Below are positions 15,477 through 24,774 of a stretch of 36,814 nt of DNA, piece by piece. The stretch is from Myxococcota bacterium (GTDB lineage: Bacteria; Myxococcota_A; UBA9160; UBA4427): positions 1 to 36,814 of the forward strand of contig JAYZFK010000051.1 of NCBI GenBank assembly GCA_036336835.1, written 5' to 3'. Under the pieces are notes generated by a model that was not told the DNA's origin, did not search any database, and worked only from the letters and a program-made list of their open reading frames with translations. A program made the position numbers and the translations under genes. How positions within the stretch are numbered: the first letter of the stretch is position 1; the number at the start of each line of letters is the position of its first letter.

Positions 15477-16688
15477 CTAGCGATCGCGCTCCGGCGGCAG
15501 CGCGGCCTCGATCTCGCCGGCGCTGCAGCCCGCCTCGCGCAGCACCGCGGTGCCCTCGGCGCCGAGCGCCGGCGCCGGCCGGGTGCCCGGCATCGCGTGG
15601 CTCGAGAGGTGGATCGGCGGTGCCACGGTGCGGATGCCCGGCTGCTCGGGGTGCTCGACCTCGGCCAGGATCTGCATCTCGGCGACCTGCGGATCGCGCG
15701 TCGCCTCGAGCAACGTCTGCACCGGCGACCAGATGAGCGAATGAGCGGCCAGCCGGGTCTGCCAGTCCGCGAGCGTGTGCTCGGCGAAGCGGGCGGCCAG
15801 CAGCGCGGTGAGCTCTGGCGAGTTGCGGTAGCGGCCGACCTCATTGGCGAAGCGCTCGTCGCGCTCGAGCTCCGGCCGCTCGATCGCTCGGCACAGCGCC
15901 GGCCAGTAGCGCTGCGAATCGATCATCACCAGGAAGATCCAGCGCTCGTCGGCGGTGCGGTAGTGCGCCCAGAGCGGATTGCGCGGCCCGGCCGGGTCGT
16001 GGCGTCGAGCCTCCTGGTCGGTGGTGGCGACGAGCGAGGCGTCGTTGCCCGCGATGTAGAGGCCCATGTGCAGCAGGTTGACGCCGACCTCCTGGCCGGC
16101 GCCGCTGCGATCGCGTTCGCGCAGGGCGGCCAGGATCCCGCTCACCAGCGCGAGCGCGGCCGCGTGGTCGCCCACGCCCGGGCGCAGGAAGGCGGGCGCT
16201 GCGCCGACGTCGCGCATCGTGTCCATCATCCCGGTGCGCGCCCAGTAGGCGGTGTAGTCGAAGGCCGGGGTGTCGGCCTCCGGCCCGCGCGCGCCGAAGC
16301 CGTTGAGCGAGGCGAAGATCAGCTCGGGCTGCGCACGGCGGAGCGTCGCTGCATCGAGGCCGAACTTGCGCAGTCGTCCGGGCAGCAGGTTGGTCAGCAC
16401 CACGTCCGCGCGGGCGATCACCTTGCGCAGCGCGCGGCGCGCGGGCCCGGCGGACAGGTCGAGCGCGAGCGATCGCTTGCCGCGATTGTCCATCTGGAAG
16501 TGGGGCGACTCCGGCAGCTCGCTGCGATAACCCATCCTGCGCGGCGTCGCGTGACGCAGCGTCTCGCCCCTGGGCACCTCGACCTTGATCACCTCGGCCC
16601 CGAGATCGGCCAGCAGCGCCCCCGCCGCGGGAACGGCGACGAAGCTTGCGATCTCGACCACCCGGATGTCATCCATCGGGGCTGTCAT
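15477..16688 (-). CDS. Family III CoA-transferase (CaiB/BaiF)
   Basis: IRVVEIASFVAVPAAGALLADLGAEVIKVE, NRGKRSLALDL, GVGDHAA (catalytic Asp), PAPALG. Confidence 0.93.
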   Translation of the reverse strand: MTAPMDDIRVVEIASFVAVPAAGALLADLGAEVIKVEVPRGETLRHATPRRMGYRSELPESPHFQMDNRGKRSLALDLSAGPARRALRKVIARADVVLTNLLPGRLRKFGLDAATLRRAQPELIFASLNGFGARGPEADTPAFDYTAYWARTGMMDTMRDVGAAPAFLRPGVGDHAAALALVSGILAALRERDRSGAGQEVGVNLLHMGLYIAGNDASLVATTDQEARRHDPAGPRNPLWAHYRTADERWIFLVMIDSQRYWPALCRAIERPELERDERFANEVGRYRNSPELTALLAARFAEHTLADWQTRLAAHSLIWSPVQTLLEATRDPQVAEMQILAEVEHPEQPGIRTVAPPIHLSSHAMPGTRPAPALGAEGTAVLREAGCSAGEIEAALPPERDR

Positions 16689-16735
16689 GGCGCGCGAGCC
16701 TAGCAGGCCGTCGAGGCGCTAGGCTCGCGTGCCAT
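16687..16735. promoter_or_regulatory. 18-bp inverted repeat (1 mismatch, 13-nt spacer) containing mirror-image TAGGCT -10-like boxes between divergent genes
   Basis: ATGGCGCGCGAGCCTAGC (16687-16704) and GCTAGGCTCGCGTGCCAT (16718-16735). Confidence 0.7.
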
Positions 16736-16756
16736 CGATCGCGAGGGGAGAGGGTC

Positions 16757-17821
16757 GTGCCGTACAAGGTCATCCAGTGGGGCACCGGGTTCACCGGCAA
16801 GATGGTCGCGCGCGAGTTGCTCGAGCATCCGCAGTTCGAGCTCGTCGCCGTGATCGTGAGCGACCCCGCCAAGGACGGGAAGGACATCGGTGAGCTCGTC
16901 GGCGTCGAGCCCGCCGGGATCGCGTGCACCACGGACGCCGACGCCGCCCTCGCGCTCGAGGCCGACGTCGTAGCCTACTACGTCCCGACGGCCGAGTACG
17001 CGGCCGTCAACATCGAGAACATGTCGAAGGCGCTGCGCGCCGGGAAGGACGTCGTCTCGACCGCGATGACACCGCTCGTCTATCCGCCGGCCTGCCCGCC
17101 CTCGATGGTCGAAGCGCTCGAGGCCGCCTGCAAGGAGGGAGGCACCAGCTGCTTCACCTCGGGGATCGACCCGGGCTTTGCAAACGATCTGTTTCCGCTC
17201 ACGCTGATGGGTCTGTGCGGGCGCGTGGACTCGGTTCGCATCCAGGAGATCCTCGACTACCAGAGCTATACCGGCGACTACGCCAGGACGATGGGCATCG
17301 GCGAGCCGATGGATTTCGAGGCGTTGCTCGAGAACACCCGGGTCCTGGTCTACTCCTGGGGCCACACCATCCCGATGATCGCGGACGCGCTCGGCGTCGA
17401 GATCGAGAAGTACGAGTCCGTCTACCAGAAGTGGGAAGCGCCCGAAGACATCCACCACAAGAACGGCGTGATCCGCGCGGGGTGCTGTGCGGCCGTGCGC
17501 TTCGAGATCCAGGGCTATGTGCAGGGCGAGCCGCGCATCGTGATCGAGCACGTCAACCGCATCACCACGGCCACCGCGCCCGACTGGCCGCGCGCGAAGC
17601 TCGAGGACGACGATTGCTACCGCGTGGTGGTGAAGGGCAGCCCGAACATCACGCAGGAGATCGCGTTTCGCGGCGCCTACGACGGCGATTCGAACTCCGG
17701 CGGCTGTCTGTCGACGGGCATGCGCGCGATCCAGGCGATCCCCGCGGTGCTGGCAGCGAAGCCGGGCCTGCTCTCCGCGCTCGATCTGCCGCTGATCCCC
17801 GGCGTGGGAAACATGCGCTAG
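16757..17821 (+). CDS. NAD(P)-dependent oxidoreductase, 2,4-diaminopentanoate dehydrogenase / DapB-like family
   Basis: VIQWGTGFTG Rossmann fold, KDGKDIGEL, GIDPGF, AIPAVLAAKPGLL. GGAG SD before GTG 16757. Confidence 0.8.
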   Translation: MPYKVIQWGTGFTGKMVARELLEHPQFELVAVIVSDPAKDGKDIGELVGVEPAGIACTTDADAALALEADVVAYYVPTAEYAAVNIENMSKALRAGKDVVSTAMTPLVYPPACPPSMVEALEAACKEGGTSCFTSGIDPGFANDLFPLTLMGLCGRVDSVRIQEILDYQSYTGDYARTMGIGEPMDFEALLENTRVLVYSWGHTIPMIADALGVEIEKYESVYQKWEAPEDIHHKNGVIRAGCCAAVRFEIQGYVQGEPRIVIEHVNRITTATAPDWPRAKLEDDDCYRVVVKGSPNITQEIAFRGAYDGDSNSGGCLSTGMRAIQAIPAVLAAKPGLLSALDLPLIPGVGNMR

Positions 17822-17823
17822 CC

Positions 17824-18717
17824 GTGGATCCCCTGCTCGTCGGACTGCTGGAGTGCCTCGATCTCGAGGCCGTCGCGTCGCCACCGGGCGACGTCACGCG
17901 CTTCCGCGGGCACTGCGAGCCGAGCCGGCACGGCCGGATCTTCGGCGGACAGGTGGTTGCCCAGGCGCTGATGGCGGCCGGCCGAACCGCCAGCCCGCGG
18001 CCGGCCCACTCGCTGCAGGCTCTGTTCCTGCGGGTCGGGGATCCGACGCGGGAGATCGATTTCGAGGTCGAGCGGCTGCGCGACGGCCGCTCGTTCTCGG
18101 CACGCCGGGTGGTGGCGCGGCAGGGCGAGAGCGCGATCTTCACGCTCCAGGCTTCCTTCCACGCGCTCGAGCCCGGCTACGAGCATCAGAGCGCGGCGCC
18201 CGAGGCGCCGGATCCCGAGTCGCTGCCCACTGCCCGCGAGCTGGCCGAGCAGATGCGAGCGCAGATTCCGCCCGAGGTGGCGAACTGGGCCGGTCGGCCC
18301 CGGCCGCTCGAGGTGCGCCACACCCAGCCGCCGAGCTATCTCGGCGGGGAGCCCTCTCTCGAGCCCAACCTTTCCTGGTTCCGCGCCGAGTCGAAGCTGC
18401 CCGACGATCCCCTACTCCACCAGTGCCTGCTCGCGTATGCGAGCGACATCGCCCTGAACGACACGGCGTACCGGCCGCACCGCAAGTCGGCCGGGTCGCG
18501 GCCCTTGGCCATGTCGAGCGTCGATCACGCCATGTGGCTCCACGTGCCCGCGCGCGCCGACGAGTGGACGCTCTACTACCAGGAGAGCCCGCGCGCGGCC
18601 GGGGCGCGCGGCTTCGCGCGCGGCGCGATGTACACCCGCGACGGGACGCTCGTTGCCTCGGTCGGGCAGGACTCCGTGATGCGGCCGCAGCGCGCACCGG
18701 CTGCCCGCGAGTCGTAG
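17824..18717 (+). CDS. tesB: Acyl-CoA thioesterase II
   Basis: RIFGGQVVAQAL, HSLQALFLR, LRDGRSFSARRV, LAYASD, SVDHAMWLH. GTG lies 2 nt after the upstream stop. Confidence 0.9.
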   Translation: MDPLLVGLLECLDLEAVASPPGDVTRFRGHCEPSRHGRIFGGQVVAQALMAAGRTASPRPAHSLQALFLRVGDPTREIDFEVERLRDGRSFSARRVVARQGESAIFTLQASFHALEPGYEHQSAAPEAPDPESLPTARELAEQMRAQIPPEVANWAGRPRPLEVRHTQPPSYLGGEPSLEPNLSWFRAESKLPDDPLLHQCLLAYASDIALNDTAYRPHRKSAGSRPLAMSSVDHAMWLHVPARADEWTLYYQESPRAAGARGFARGAMYTRDGTLVASVGQDSVMRPQRAPAARES

Positions 18718-18785
18718 CGGCTCGGCCAGGCTGCGCAGCGCTCGCGCACCGCGTCGTCGGGCACCCCGAAGGGCGACTACTATAG

Positions 18786-18890
18786 GATGGGAACGGGCGG
18801 GCTCGGAACGGGCCAGATGGGAACGGGCGGGCTCGGAACGGGCCAGATCGGAACGGGCCGGCTCGGAACGGGCCGATTGGGAACGAGCGC
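18786..18890. repeat. Tandem repeat, 7 x 15 bp with invariant GGAACG core
   Basis: gatgggaacgggcgg gctcggaacgggcca gatgggaacgggcgg gctcggaacgggcca gatcggaacgggccg gctcggaacgggccg attgggaacgagcgc. Confidence 0.95.
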
Positions 18891-18914
18891 GCAGGCGCGG
18901 AGGAGACGGCGGAC

Positions 18915-20009
18915 GTGAAGGCGTTGATGATCGGCGGGACCGGCCCCACCGGGCCGTTCATCGTGAACGGACTGCTCGAGCGCGGCTATGCCGTGGACAT
19001 GCTCCACAGCGGGCGCAACGAGGTTCCGGAGATCCCGGACGAGGTCGTCCACATCCACACCGACGCCTTCGATCCGCAGAAGCTCGCCGCGGCGCTCGAC
19101 GGGCGACGCTACGACCTGTGTGTTGCCTCCTATGGCCGGCTGCGCGCGATCGCAGAGCTCACCGCGGGCAAGGTCGGCCGCTTCATCTCGATCGGCGGCT
19201 TTCCGGCGCTGCTCGGCTACATGAACCCATTCGCCTTCGAGCCGCACGGCATGCCGGTGCCGACGCCGGCCGACGGACCGACCGTGCTCGACGAGGCGGC
19301 CGATACCAAGGGCTACCGGATCCGCCTGACCGAGCGCGCCGTGCTCGAGCACCAGCCCGAGGCGACGCACTTCCGTTACCCGTTCGTCTACGGGCCGCGG
19401 CAGCCGGTGCCGCGCGAGTGGCTGATCGTGAAGCGCATCCTCGACGGACGGCCGCACATCATCCTGCCCGACGGCGGCCTCACGCTGCACCACTTCGGCT
19501 ACTCGGAGAATCTCGCGTCGGCGATCCTGCTCGCGGTCGATCGCCCCGAGCGCTGCCTCGGCCAGATCTACAACGCCGCGGATCAGGAGGTGCTGACCCT
19601 GCGAGCGGTGGTCGAGGTCATCGCAAAGGCGCTCGGCCACGACTGGGAGATCGTGAATCTTCCCTGGGAGATCGCGCTGCCGGCGCGCCCGCTGATCACG
19701 CAGCCGCTCACCACACACCGCGTGCTCGACGTCAGCAAGCTCGAGCGCGATCTGGGCTATCGCGACGTCGTGCCGCCGCGCGAGGCAGTCGCGCTCGCGG
19801 CCCGCTGGCTGGTCGACCATCCGCTGTCGGCCGAGCAGCAGTCGCTGCTGCAGGACCCCTTCGACTACGCGGCCGAGGATGCCCTGATCGCCGGCTGGAA
19901 GCGCGCGGTCGCCTCGCTGCCCGAGGTCGAGTGGAAGAGCGAGCCCGGCTACGGCGCCGCCTACAGTGGCCCGGGCGGCCGCGCGCGCTCGCAGACGACG
20001 TTCGAGTGA
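18915..20009 (+). CDS. NAD-dependent epimerase/dehydratase-like (extended/atypical SDR)
   Basis: ALMIGGTGPTG, FRYPFVYGP, QIYNAAD, LDVSKLERDLGY. SD GGAGGAG. Confidence 0.85.
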   Translation: MKALMIGGTGPTGPFIVNGLLERGYAVDMLHSGRNEVPEIPDEVVHIHTDAFDPQKLAAALDGRRYDLCVASYGRLRAIAELTAGKVGRFISIGGFPALLGYMNPFAFEPHGMPVPTPADGPTVLDEAADTKGYRIRLTERAVLEHQPEATHFRYPFVYGPRQPVPREWLIVKRILDGRPHIILPDGGLTLHHFGYSENLASAILLAVDRPERCLGQIYNAADQEVLTLRAVVEVIAKALGHDWEIVNLPWEIALPARPLITQPLTTHRVLDVSKLERDLGYRDVVPPREAVALAARWLVDHPLSAEQQSLLQDPFDYAAEDALIAGWKRAVASLPEVEWKSEPGYGAAYSGPGGRARSQTTFE

Positions 20010-20031
20010 TCGCGCCACGCGGGCTGCGGGC

Positions 20032-21291
20032 TCACGAGTCCGCCTCGTCCGGCACGTCGAAGCGTTCGCAGTAGCTCTCGAACATCTCGTCGAGTGCCTC
20101 GGGCGTGAATCCGAAGTCGCTCATCTCGTAGCGGTGTCGACCGAAGGTGCTCTGCGGGCGCGTCGCCATCCAGACCCGCATGCGGCGCACGTGGAGCGGC
20201 GTCAGCTCCTCGCCGAAGTGGGCGTAGAGGCCGCGCACCGCTTCGACTGGATCGGTCATCAGGTCCGCGTACTGCAGGTGGTGACACCACGGCTTGCCGC
20301 CCTGCTCGTCGTCGTGCTGCATGCCACGCGCGGCGGCGAGCTGCAGCTTGTGAGCCCAGGCGCGCCCGGTCGCCAGCGGATCGGCGCGGTTCGACCAGGT
20401 GCGATAGAAGGTCGTGTTCAGGCTCGCGACCGAAGGCACCACGCGCTTCGGGTCGCGGTGCGTCCAGATCAATCGCGCGTCGGGGTAGCGCTCGAGCAGC
20501 GCGTCGAGCGCCCACAGGTGGTTGGGCGTCTTGAGCGCCCAGCGATCGGTCGGAATCGTCGACTGCAGTGTCTGCAGGCAGAGCTCGTGGATGGCGTAGG
20601 CCGAGCGCATGTCGCACTCCTCGAGCCAGTCGCCATAGCCGGGCGCCAGCACCTGGGTCTCGAACAGCAGGCTGCGGAAGTCGAGCGCGAAGAGCGTGAC
20701 GCACTCGGTCGGAAGCGACGCGCCGAGCGGATGCATTGCGGCGATGGGAGGGATCAGCCGGGGAAGCGCCGCGCCTCGCTTCGTCTCCTCGGCGATGCGC
20801 GGGTCGTCGCGGTGGCCGGCGAGTGTCGGGGGAGGAGCCAGCGCCGACGCTTCCCAGCTCTCGAGCGAACGGGAGCGCGGGTCGAGGTCCAGCAGGTGCG
20901 ACAGCAGGGTCGTCCCGGTCCGCGGCAAGCCGAGCACCACGAAGGGGGCCTCGATCTTCTCATCGCGGACCTCCGGGTGCTGCCTGACCCAGTCGATCAC
21001 TCGCAGGCGCTTCTCGAGGGTGCCGGTGTACATCGCCCGCAGCGTGAACCGCGCGAAGCTGTGGAGGTCTGCCTCGCGGGTGCAGGCATCGCACAGCACC
21101 TCGAGGCCTTCGCGCCAGTGGTCGTCGCCGAAATCGTGGAGGCCGGTATTGGCAACCGCCTTCTCGACCATCGCGTCGGGGTCGAGGGCGGGCTTGCCCG
21201 GGGCCAGGCGGCCGGCGGCATTGAGCGCGCGAAGCGCGAGCGGAAGCCGCCCCGCATCGCGGAAGGTCCAGCTGCGTTGGCGGTCCGCCAT
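20032..21291 (-). CDS. Sulfotransferase (PAPS-dependent, Sulfotransfer_3-like)
   Basis: 5'-PSB VLGLPRTGTT, WALKTPNH, and 3'-PB THRDPKRVVPS. The real start is ATG 21291; the ORF-track extension to 23085 is antisense to the GH20 gene. Confidence 0.9.
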   Translation of the reverse strand: MADRQRSWTFRDAGRLPLALRALNAAGRLAPGKPALDPDAMVEKAVANTGLHDFGDDHWREGLEVLCDACTREADLHSFARFTLRAMYTGTLEKRLRVIDWVRQHPEVRDEKIEAPFVVLGLPRTGTTLLSHLLDLDPRSRSLESWEASALAPPPTLAGHRDDPRIAEETKRGAALPRLIPPIAAMHPLGASLPTECVTLFALDFRSLLFETQVLAPGYGDWLEECDMRSAYAIHELCLQTLQSTIPTDRWALKTPNHLWALDALLERYPDARLIWTHRDPKRVVPSVASLNTTFYRTWSNRADPLATGRAWAHKLQLAAARGMQHDDEQGGKPWCHHLQYADLMTDPVEAVRGLYAHFGEELTPLHVRRMRVWMATRPQSTFGRHRYEMSDFGFTPEALDEMFESYCERFDVPDEADS

Positions 21292-21345
21292 GGGCGGCGA
21301 GTCTACACCGCCACTCGGAGCGCCGAGCAGGTAAGCTAGCGAGCG

Positions 21346-23115
21346 ATGCCGGATCCGGTCCTGCTGCCGCGCCCGCGCGAGTTCGAACACACCGGCGAGG
21401 GCCAGGCCCGATTCGCCGAAGCCGGCGCGGTCGAGCACGACTCCGCGCTGCCGCCGCAGGGCTATGTGCTGCGCGCCGGGCCGCAGGGCACGTCGATCCG
21501 CTACGCGGACGAGGTTGGTCTGCGCTACGCGCGGGCGACCCTGGCGCAGCTCGCGCGCAGCCCCGCCCCCGTGCCGGCGCTCGAGATCCGGGACTGGCCG
21601 GACTTCGCCGTGCGCGGCTACATGCTCGACATCAGCCGCGACCGCGTGCCCACGCGTGAGACGCTCGAGCGCATCGTCGACGTCCTCGACGTGCTGCGCA
21701 TCAACCACCTCGAGCTGTACACCGAGCACACCTTTGCGTTTCGCGACCACGAGACCGTGTGGCGCGATGCCACTCCGATGACGCCCGAAGATCTGCGCTG
21801 GCTCGACGGGCTGTGCGGAGAGCGCGGGATCGAGCTGTCGGCCAACCAGAACACCTTCGGACACATGGGTCGCTGGCTGCGGCACCCCGCTTACGCGCGG
21901 CGCGCCGAGGCGCCAGGCGGCTGGCGCAGCCCTCTCGGCCAGACGCTCGAGCCGGGCGTGTTGGCGCCGACTCCGGACAACGCCGAGTTCGCGCTCTCGC
22001 TGGTGCGCGAGATGATGCAGAACGTGACCAGTCGCCGCGTCAACATCGGCTGCGACGAGACCTTCGAGCTCGGCCGCGGTCAGAGCCGAGCGGAGGTCGA
22101 GCAGCGCGGGCGCGCGCGTGTGTACCTCGATCACTTGAAGCGGCTGCTCGCCGGACTTCACGAAGACGGCTGCGAGGTGCTCTTCTGGGGCGACATCCTG
22201 CGCGAGCACCCCGAGCTGGTGGCCGAGCTGCCGAGCGAGCAGACCGTGGCGCTCGCCTGGTGGTACGAGGCGCCGGTCGCGGACCCGCAGCTGCCGGAGT
22301 CGGTGCGCGAGCTGGTGGCCGAGTTCGGCATCTCCGAGCGCGCGCAGCTGGGCTTTGCCGGGCACGTCCCGGCCTTCGTCGAGGCCGGGCTTCCCTTCTG
22401 GGTGTGCCCGGGGACCTCGACCTGGAACACGCTGCTCGGCCGCTGGCCCAATGCGCGCGCCAACCTGCTCGACGCAGCCGAGGTCGGCCGAGCGCAGCGA
22501 GCGGGCGGGTACCTGATCACGGACTGGGGCGACAACGGGCACATGCAGCCGCCGTCGGTGAGCTGGCTGCCGCTCGCCTACGGCGCGTCGGTGAGCTGGT
22601 GCGTCGAGGCGAACCGGGAGCTCGACGTCGCGGCGGCGCTCGATCTCCACGTGTTCGAGGACGCGGCCGGCGAGCTCGGCGCCGCGTTGCTCTCGCTCGG
22701 CGAGGCCTATCTCGACACGGGCAAGACCGCGTTCAACGCGAGCCCGCTGTTCACTGCGACGGTGACGGACGGATTGCTCGGTGCCTTCGGCGAGCCCGAC
22801 TCGGCGGCGCTTCGGCGAACGCTCGATCGGCTCGAAGCGGCCGGCGAGGCGGTCGGGCGCGCGCGGCCCGGTTGCTCGGACGGCGCGGTGGTGGGGCGCG
22901 AGCTGGCGCAGGCGATTCGTCTCGCGCGGCACGGCGCCTATCGTCTGCTCCGCGAGACCGGGGCGAAGCGGCCGAGCGACCCCGAGCTGCGCCGCGATCT
23001 CGCCGCCGCCATCGAAGAGCAGGCGATCTGCTGGCGCCTGCGCAGCCGCGAGGGCGGACTGGCGGATAGCCTTGCGCGCCTGCAATCGACGCTCGCCAGC
23101 TACGGGGAGGCATGA
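21346..23115 (+). CDS. Glycoside hydrolase family 20 (beta-N-acetylhexosaminidase-like), no signal peptide
   Basis: IRDWPDFAVRGYMLDISR, catalytic NIGCDETFELG, FWGD, TDWGDNGH. Confidence 0.88.
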   Translation: MPDPVLLPRPREFEHTGEGQARFAEAGAVEHDSALPPQGYVLRAGPQGTSIRYADEVGLRYARATLAQLARSPAPVPALEIRDWPDFAVRGYMLDISRDRVPTRETLERIVDVLDVLRINHLELYTEHTFAFRDHETVWRDATPMTPEDLRWLDGLCGERGIELSANQNTFGHMGRWLRHPAYARRAEAPGGWRSPLGQTLEPGVLAPTPDNAEFALSLVREMMQNVTSRRVNIGCDETFELGRGQSRAEVEQRGRARVYLDHLKRLLAGLHEDGCEVLFWGDILREHPELVAELPSEQTVALAWWYEAPVADPQLPESVRELVAEFGISERAQLGFAGHVPAFVEAGLPFWVCPGTSTWNTLLGRWPNARANLLDAAEVGRAQRAGGYLITDWGDNGHMQPPSVSWLPLAYGASVSWCVEANRELDVAAALDLHVFEDAAGELGAALLSLGEAYLDTGKTAFNASPLFTATVTDGLLGAFGEPDSAALRRTLDRLEAAGEAVGRARPGCSDGAVVGRELAQAIRLARHGAYRLLRETGAKRPSDPELRRDLAAAIEEQAICWRLRSREGGLADSLARLQSTLASYGEA

Positions 23116-23119
23116 CGCG

Positions 23120-23605
23120 ATGAGTGCGCCGCGGGCGGATCGGCCGCAGATGCCGGGCTACGGGCTGGCGAGTGTGTCCGACGGCGAGCTGCTGCCCTGG
23201 AGTTGGGGGGTCGAGCGACTCGAGCGCTCGCGCAACTACTTCGTCTCGACCACGCGGCCCGATGGACGACCCCACGCGATGCCGGTGTGGGGCGTGTGGC
23301 TCGACGACGCCTTCTGGTTCAACACCGGCTCGGCGTCGCGCAAGGTGCGCAATCTGGCCGCCAACGCGCACTGCGTGATCACCATCGAGGGCGCCGACGA
23401 GTGCGCGATCGTCGAGGGCGAGGCCCGGCCTGTGACCGATCCGAGTGAGCTCGCGTGCTTCGTCGAGGCCTACCGCGCGAAGTACGACTGGAGCCTGGCC
23501 GAGACGACCCAGCCGACCTTCGTCGTGCGCCCGCGCGTGGCGTTCGGCTTCATCGAAGCGGCGGCGCAGTTCATCCGGACCGCAACGCGCTGGAGCTTCG
23601 AATGA
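23120..23605 (+). CDS. Pyridoxamine 5'-phosphate oxidase-like (split-barrel FMN/F420-binding) protein
   Basis: STTRPDGRPHAMPVWGVW, SRKVRNLAAN, IVEGEA. Confidence 0.88.
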   Translation: MSAPRADRPQMPGYGLASVSDGELLPWSWGVERLERSRNYFVSTTRPDGRPHAMPVWGVWLDDAFWFNTGSASRKVRNLAANAHCVITIEGADECAIVEGEARPVTDPSELACFVEAYRAKYDWSLAETTQPTFVVRPRVAFGFIEAAAQFIRTATRWSFE

Positions 23606-24753
23606 CCAGTCGTGTGCTGCTGGATGGGGTTCGCGCGGCGCTGCCCGCGCTGGAGGCCGAGGCGGAGGAGAGCGAGCGGCTGCGCCGGCCCACCGACGCG
23701 GCCATCGAGCTGCTCGAAGCGACGCGCTGCCTCGAGCTCCTGGTGCCCCGGGCGTACGGCGGGCTGGAGCTCGACCTGGACGTCTTCCTCGAGTGCGCGC
23801 TGGCACTCGGCGAGGCCGACGCCTCGCTGGCGTGGGTCGCGAGCTTCTACATGGAGCACAACTGGCTGCTCTGCCAGTTTCCCGAGCCGTTCCAGCGCGA
23901 GCTCTTCGCGGATCGGGCCGCGGTGCGCGCGCCGGCCGCGCTGTTCGGGGAGTCCACGATCCGCGAGCAGCGGGGCGGGTTCGCGCTCGACGGCCGCTGG
24001 CACTGGGCGAGCGGCGCGATGCACGCGGAGTGGGTGATGGTCGGCGGTGCGAGCGATCCAGCCAATCCGGCGACGGCGTGCTTGTTCGCGCTGCCCGCGG
24101 ACGAGGTCGGGATCGACGACGTGTGGCACGTCGATGGCCTGTGCGCGACGGGCAGCAACGACATCGTGATCGAGGACGGCTTCGTACCCCGGGAGCGCTC
24201 GGCATCTCTGCTGGACATCGCGAGCGGGAACGGGCTCGGCGCGACACTGCACGCGTCGCCGATCTACGGCTCGCCGATGGCCCCCGTGCTGCTGACGGCC
24301 GCGGCCTCTCCCGTGGTCGGTCAGGCGCGCAGCGTGGTGCGGCGCTTCGGCGAGAAGGCGACCGAGCGGGTGCGCGCGATGTCGGCGGTGGCCGAGCGGG
24401 ATCGCAGTGCGGTGCAGGCGCGCCTGGCCGAGTCGGCGCACGAGGTGCGCGAGGCCGAGCTGTTGATGCGCGACGTGATCGCCGAGGTCATGCGCCGGCG
24501 GGGCGACGCCAGCCTGCTCGAGCGGGCTCGCTGGTCGCTCGCGCTGACGCGCGCCGTCCACGGCGCGCGCCGCGCAATCCAGCGCATCGCCGACGCCAGC
24601 GGCGGCAGTGCCCACTTCCAGCGCGATCCGCTGCAGCGCGCGGTTCGCGATGCGAACACAGCCTCGTCGCACGTCGCGTTCGACTGGGATGCGCGGCACG
24701 AGCTGTGGGGGCGACTCCAGCTCGGGCTCGAGGCGGACGGCTTCCTGTTCTGA
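23602..24753 (+). CDS. Acyl-CoA-dehydrogenase-fold flavin-dependent monooxygenase (HsaA/DszC-like oxygenase component)
   Basis: LLVPRAYGG, DASLAW, GRWHWASG, TGSNDIVIEDGFVP, PLQRAVRD...SH. ATGA overlap with the upstream stop. Confidence 0.85.
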   Translation: MTSRVLLDGVRAALPALEAEAEESERLRRPTDAAIELLEATRCLELLVPRAYGGLELDLDVFLECALALGEADASLAWVASFYMEHNWLLCQFPEPFQRELFADRAAVRAPAALFGESTIREQRGGFALDGRWHWASGAMHAEWVMVGGASDPANPATACLFALPADEVGIDDVWHVDGLCATGSNDIVIEDGFVPRERSASLLDIASGNGLGATLHASPIYGSPMAPVLLTAAASPVVGQARSVVRRFGEKATERVRAMSAVAERDRSAVQARLAESAHEVREAELLMRDVIAEVMRRRGDASLLERARWSLALTRAVHGARRAIQRIADASGGSAHFQRDPLQRAVRDANTASSHVAFDWDARHELWGRLQLGLEADGFLF

Positions 24754-24774
24754 ATCGCCCGGTGCGGAGGCAAG

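Noticed and set aside
18786..18890. 15-bp array as a CRISPR array or plasmid iterons
   Set aside because: Units are contiguous with no spacers, and there is no rep gene or AT-rich unwinding element nearby.
21292..23085. N-terminal ~600-aa extension of the sulfotransferase ORF (apparent 1017-aa fusion)
   Set aside because: It is antisense to GH20. Sulfotransferase-like sequence begins at ATG 21291, which has its own -10-like box.
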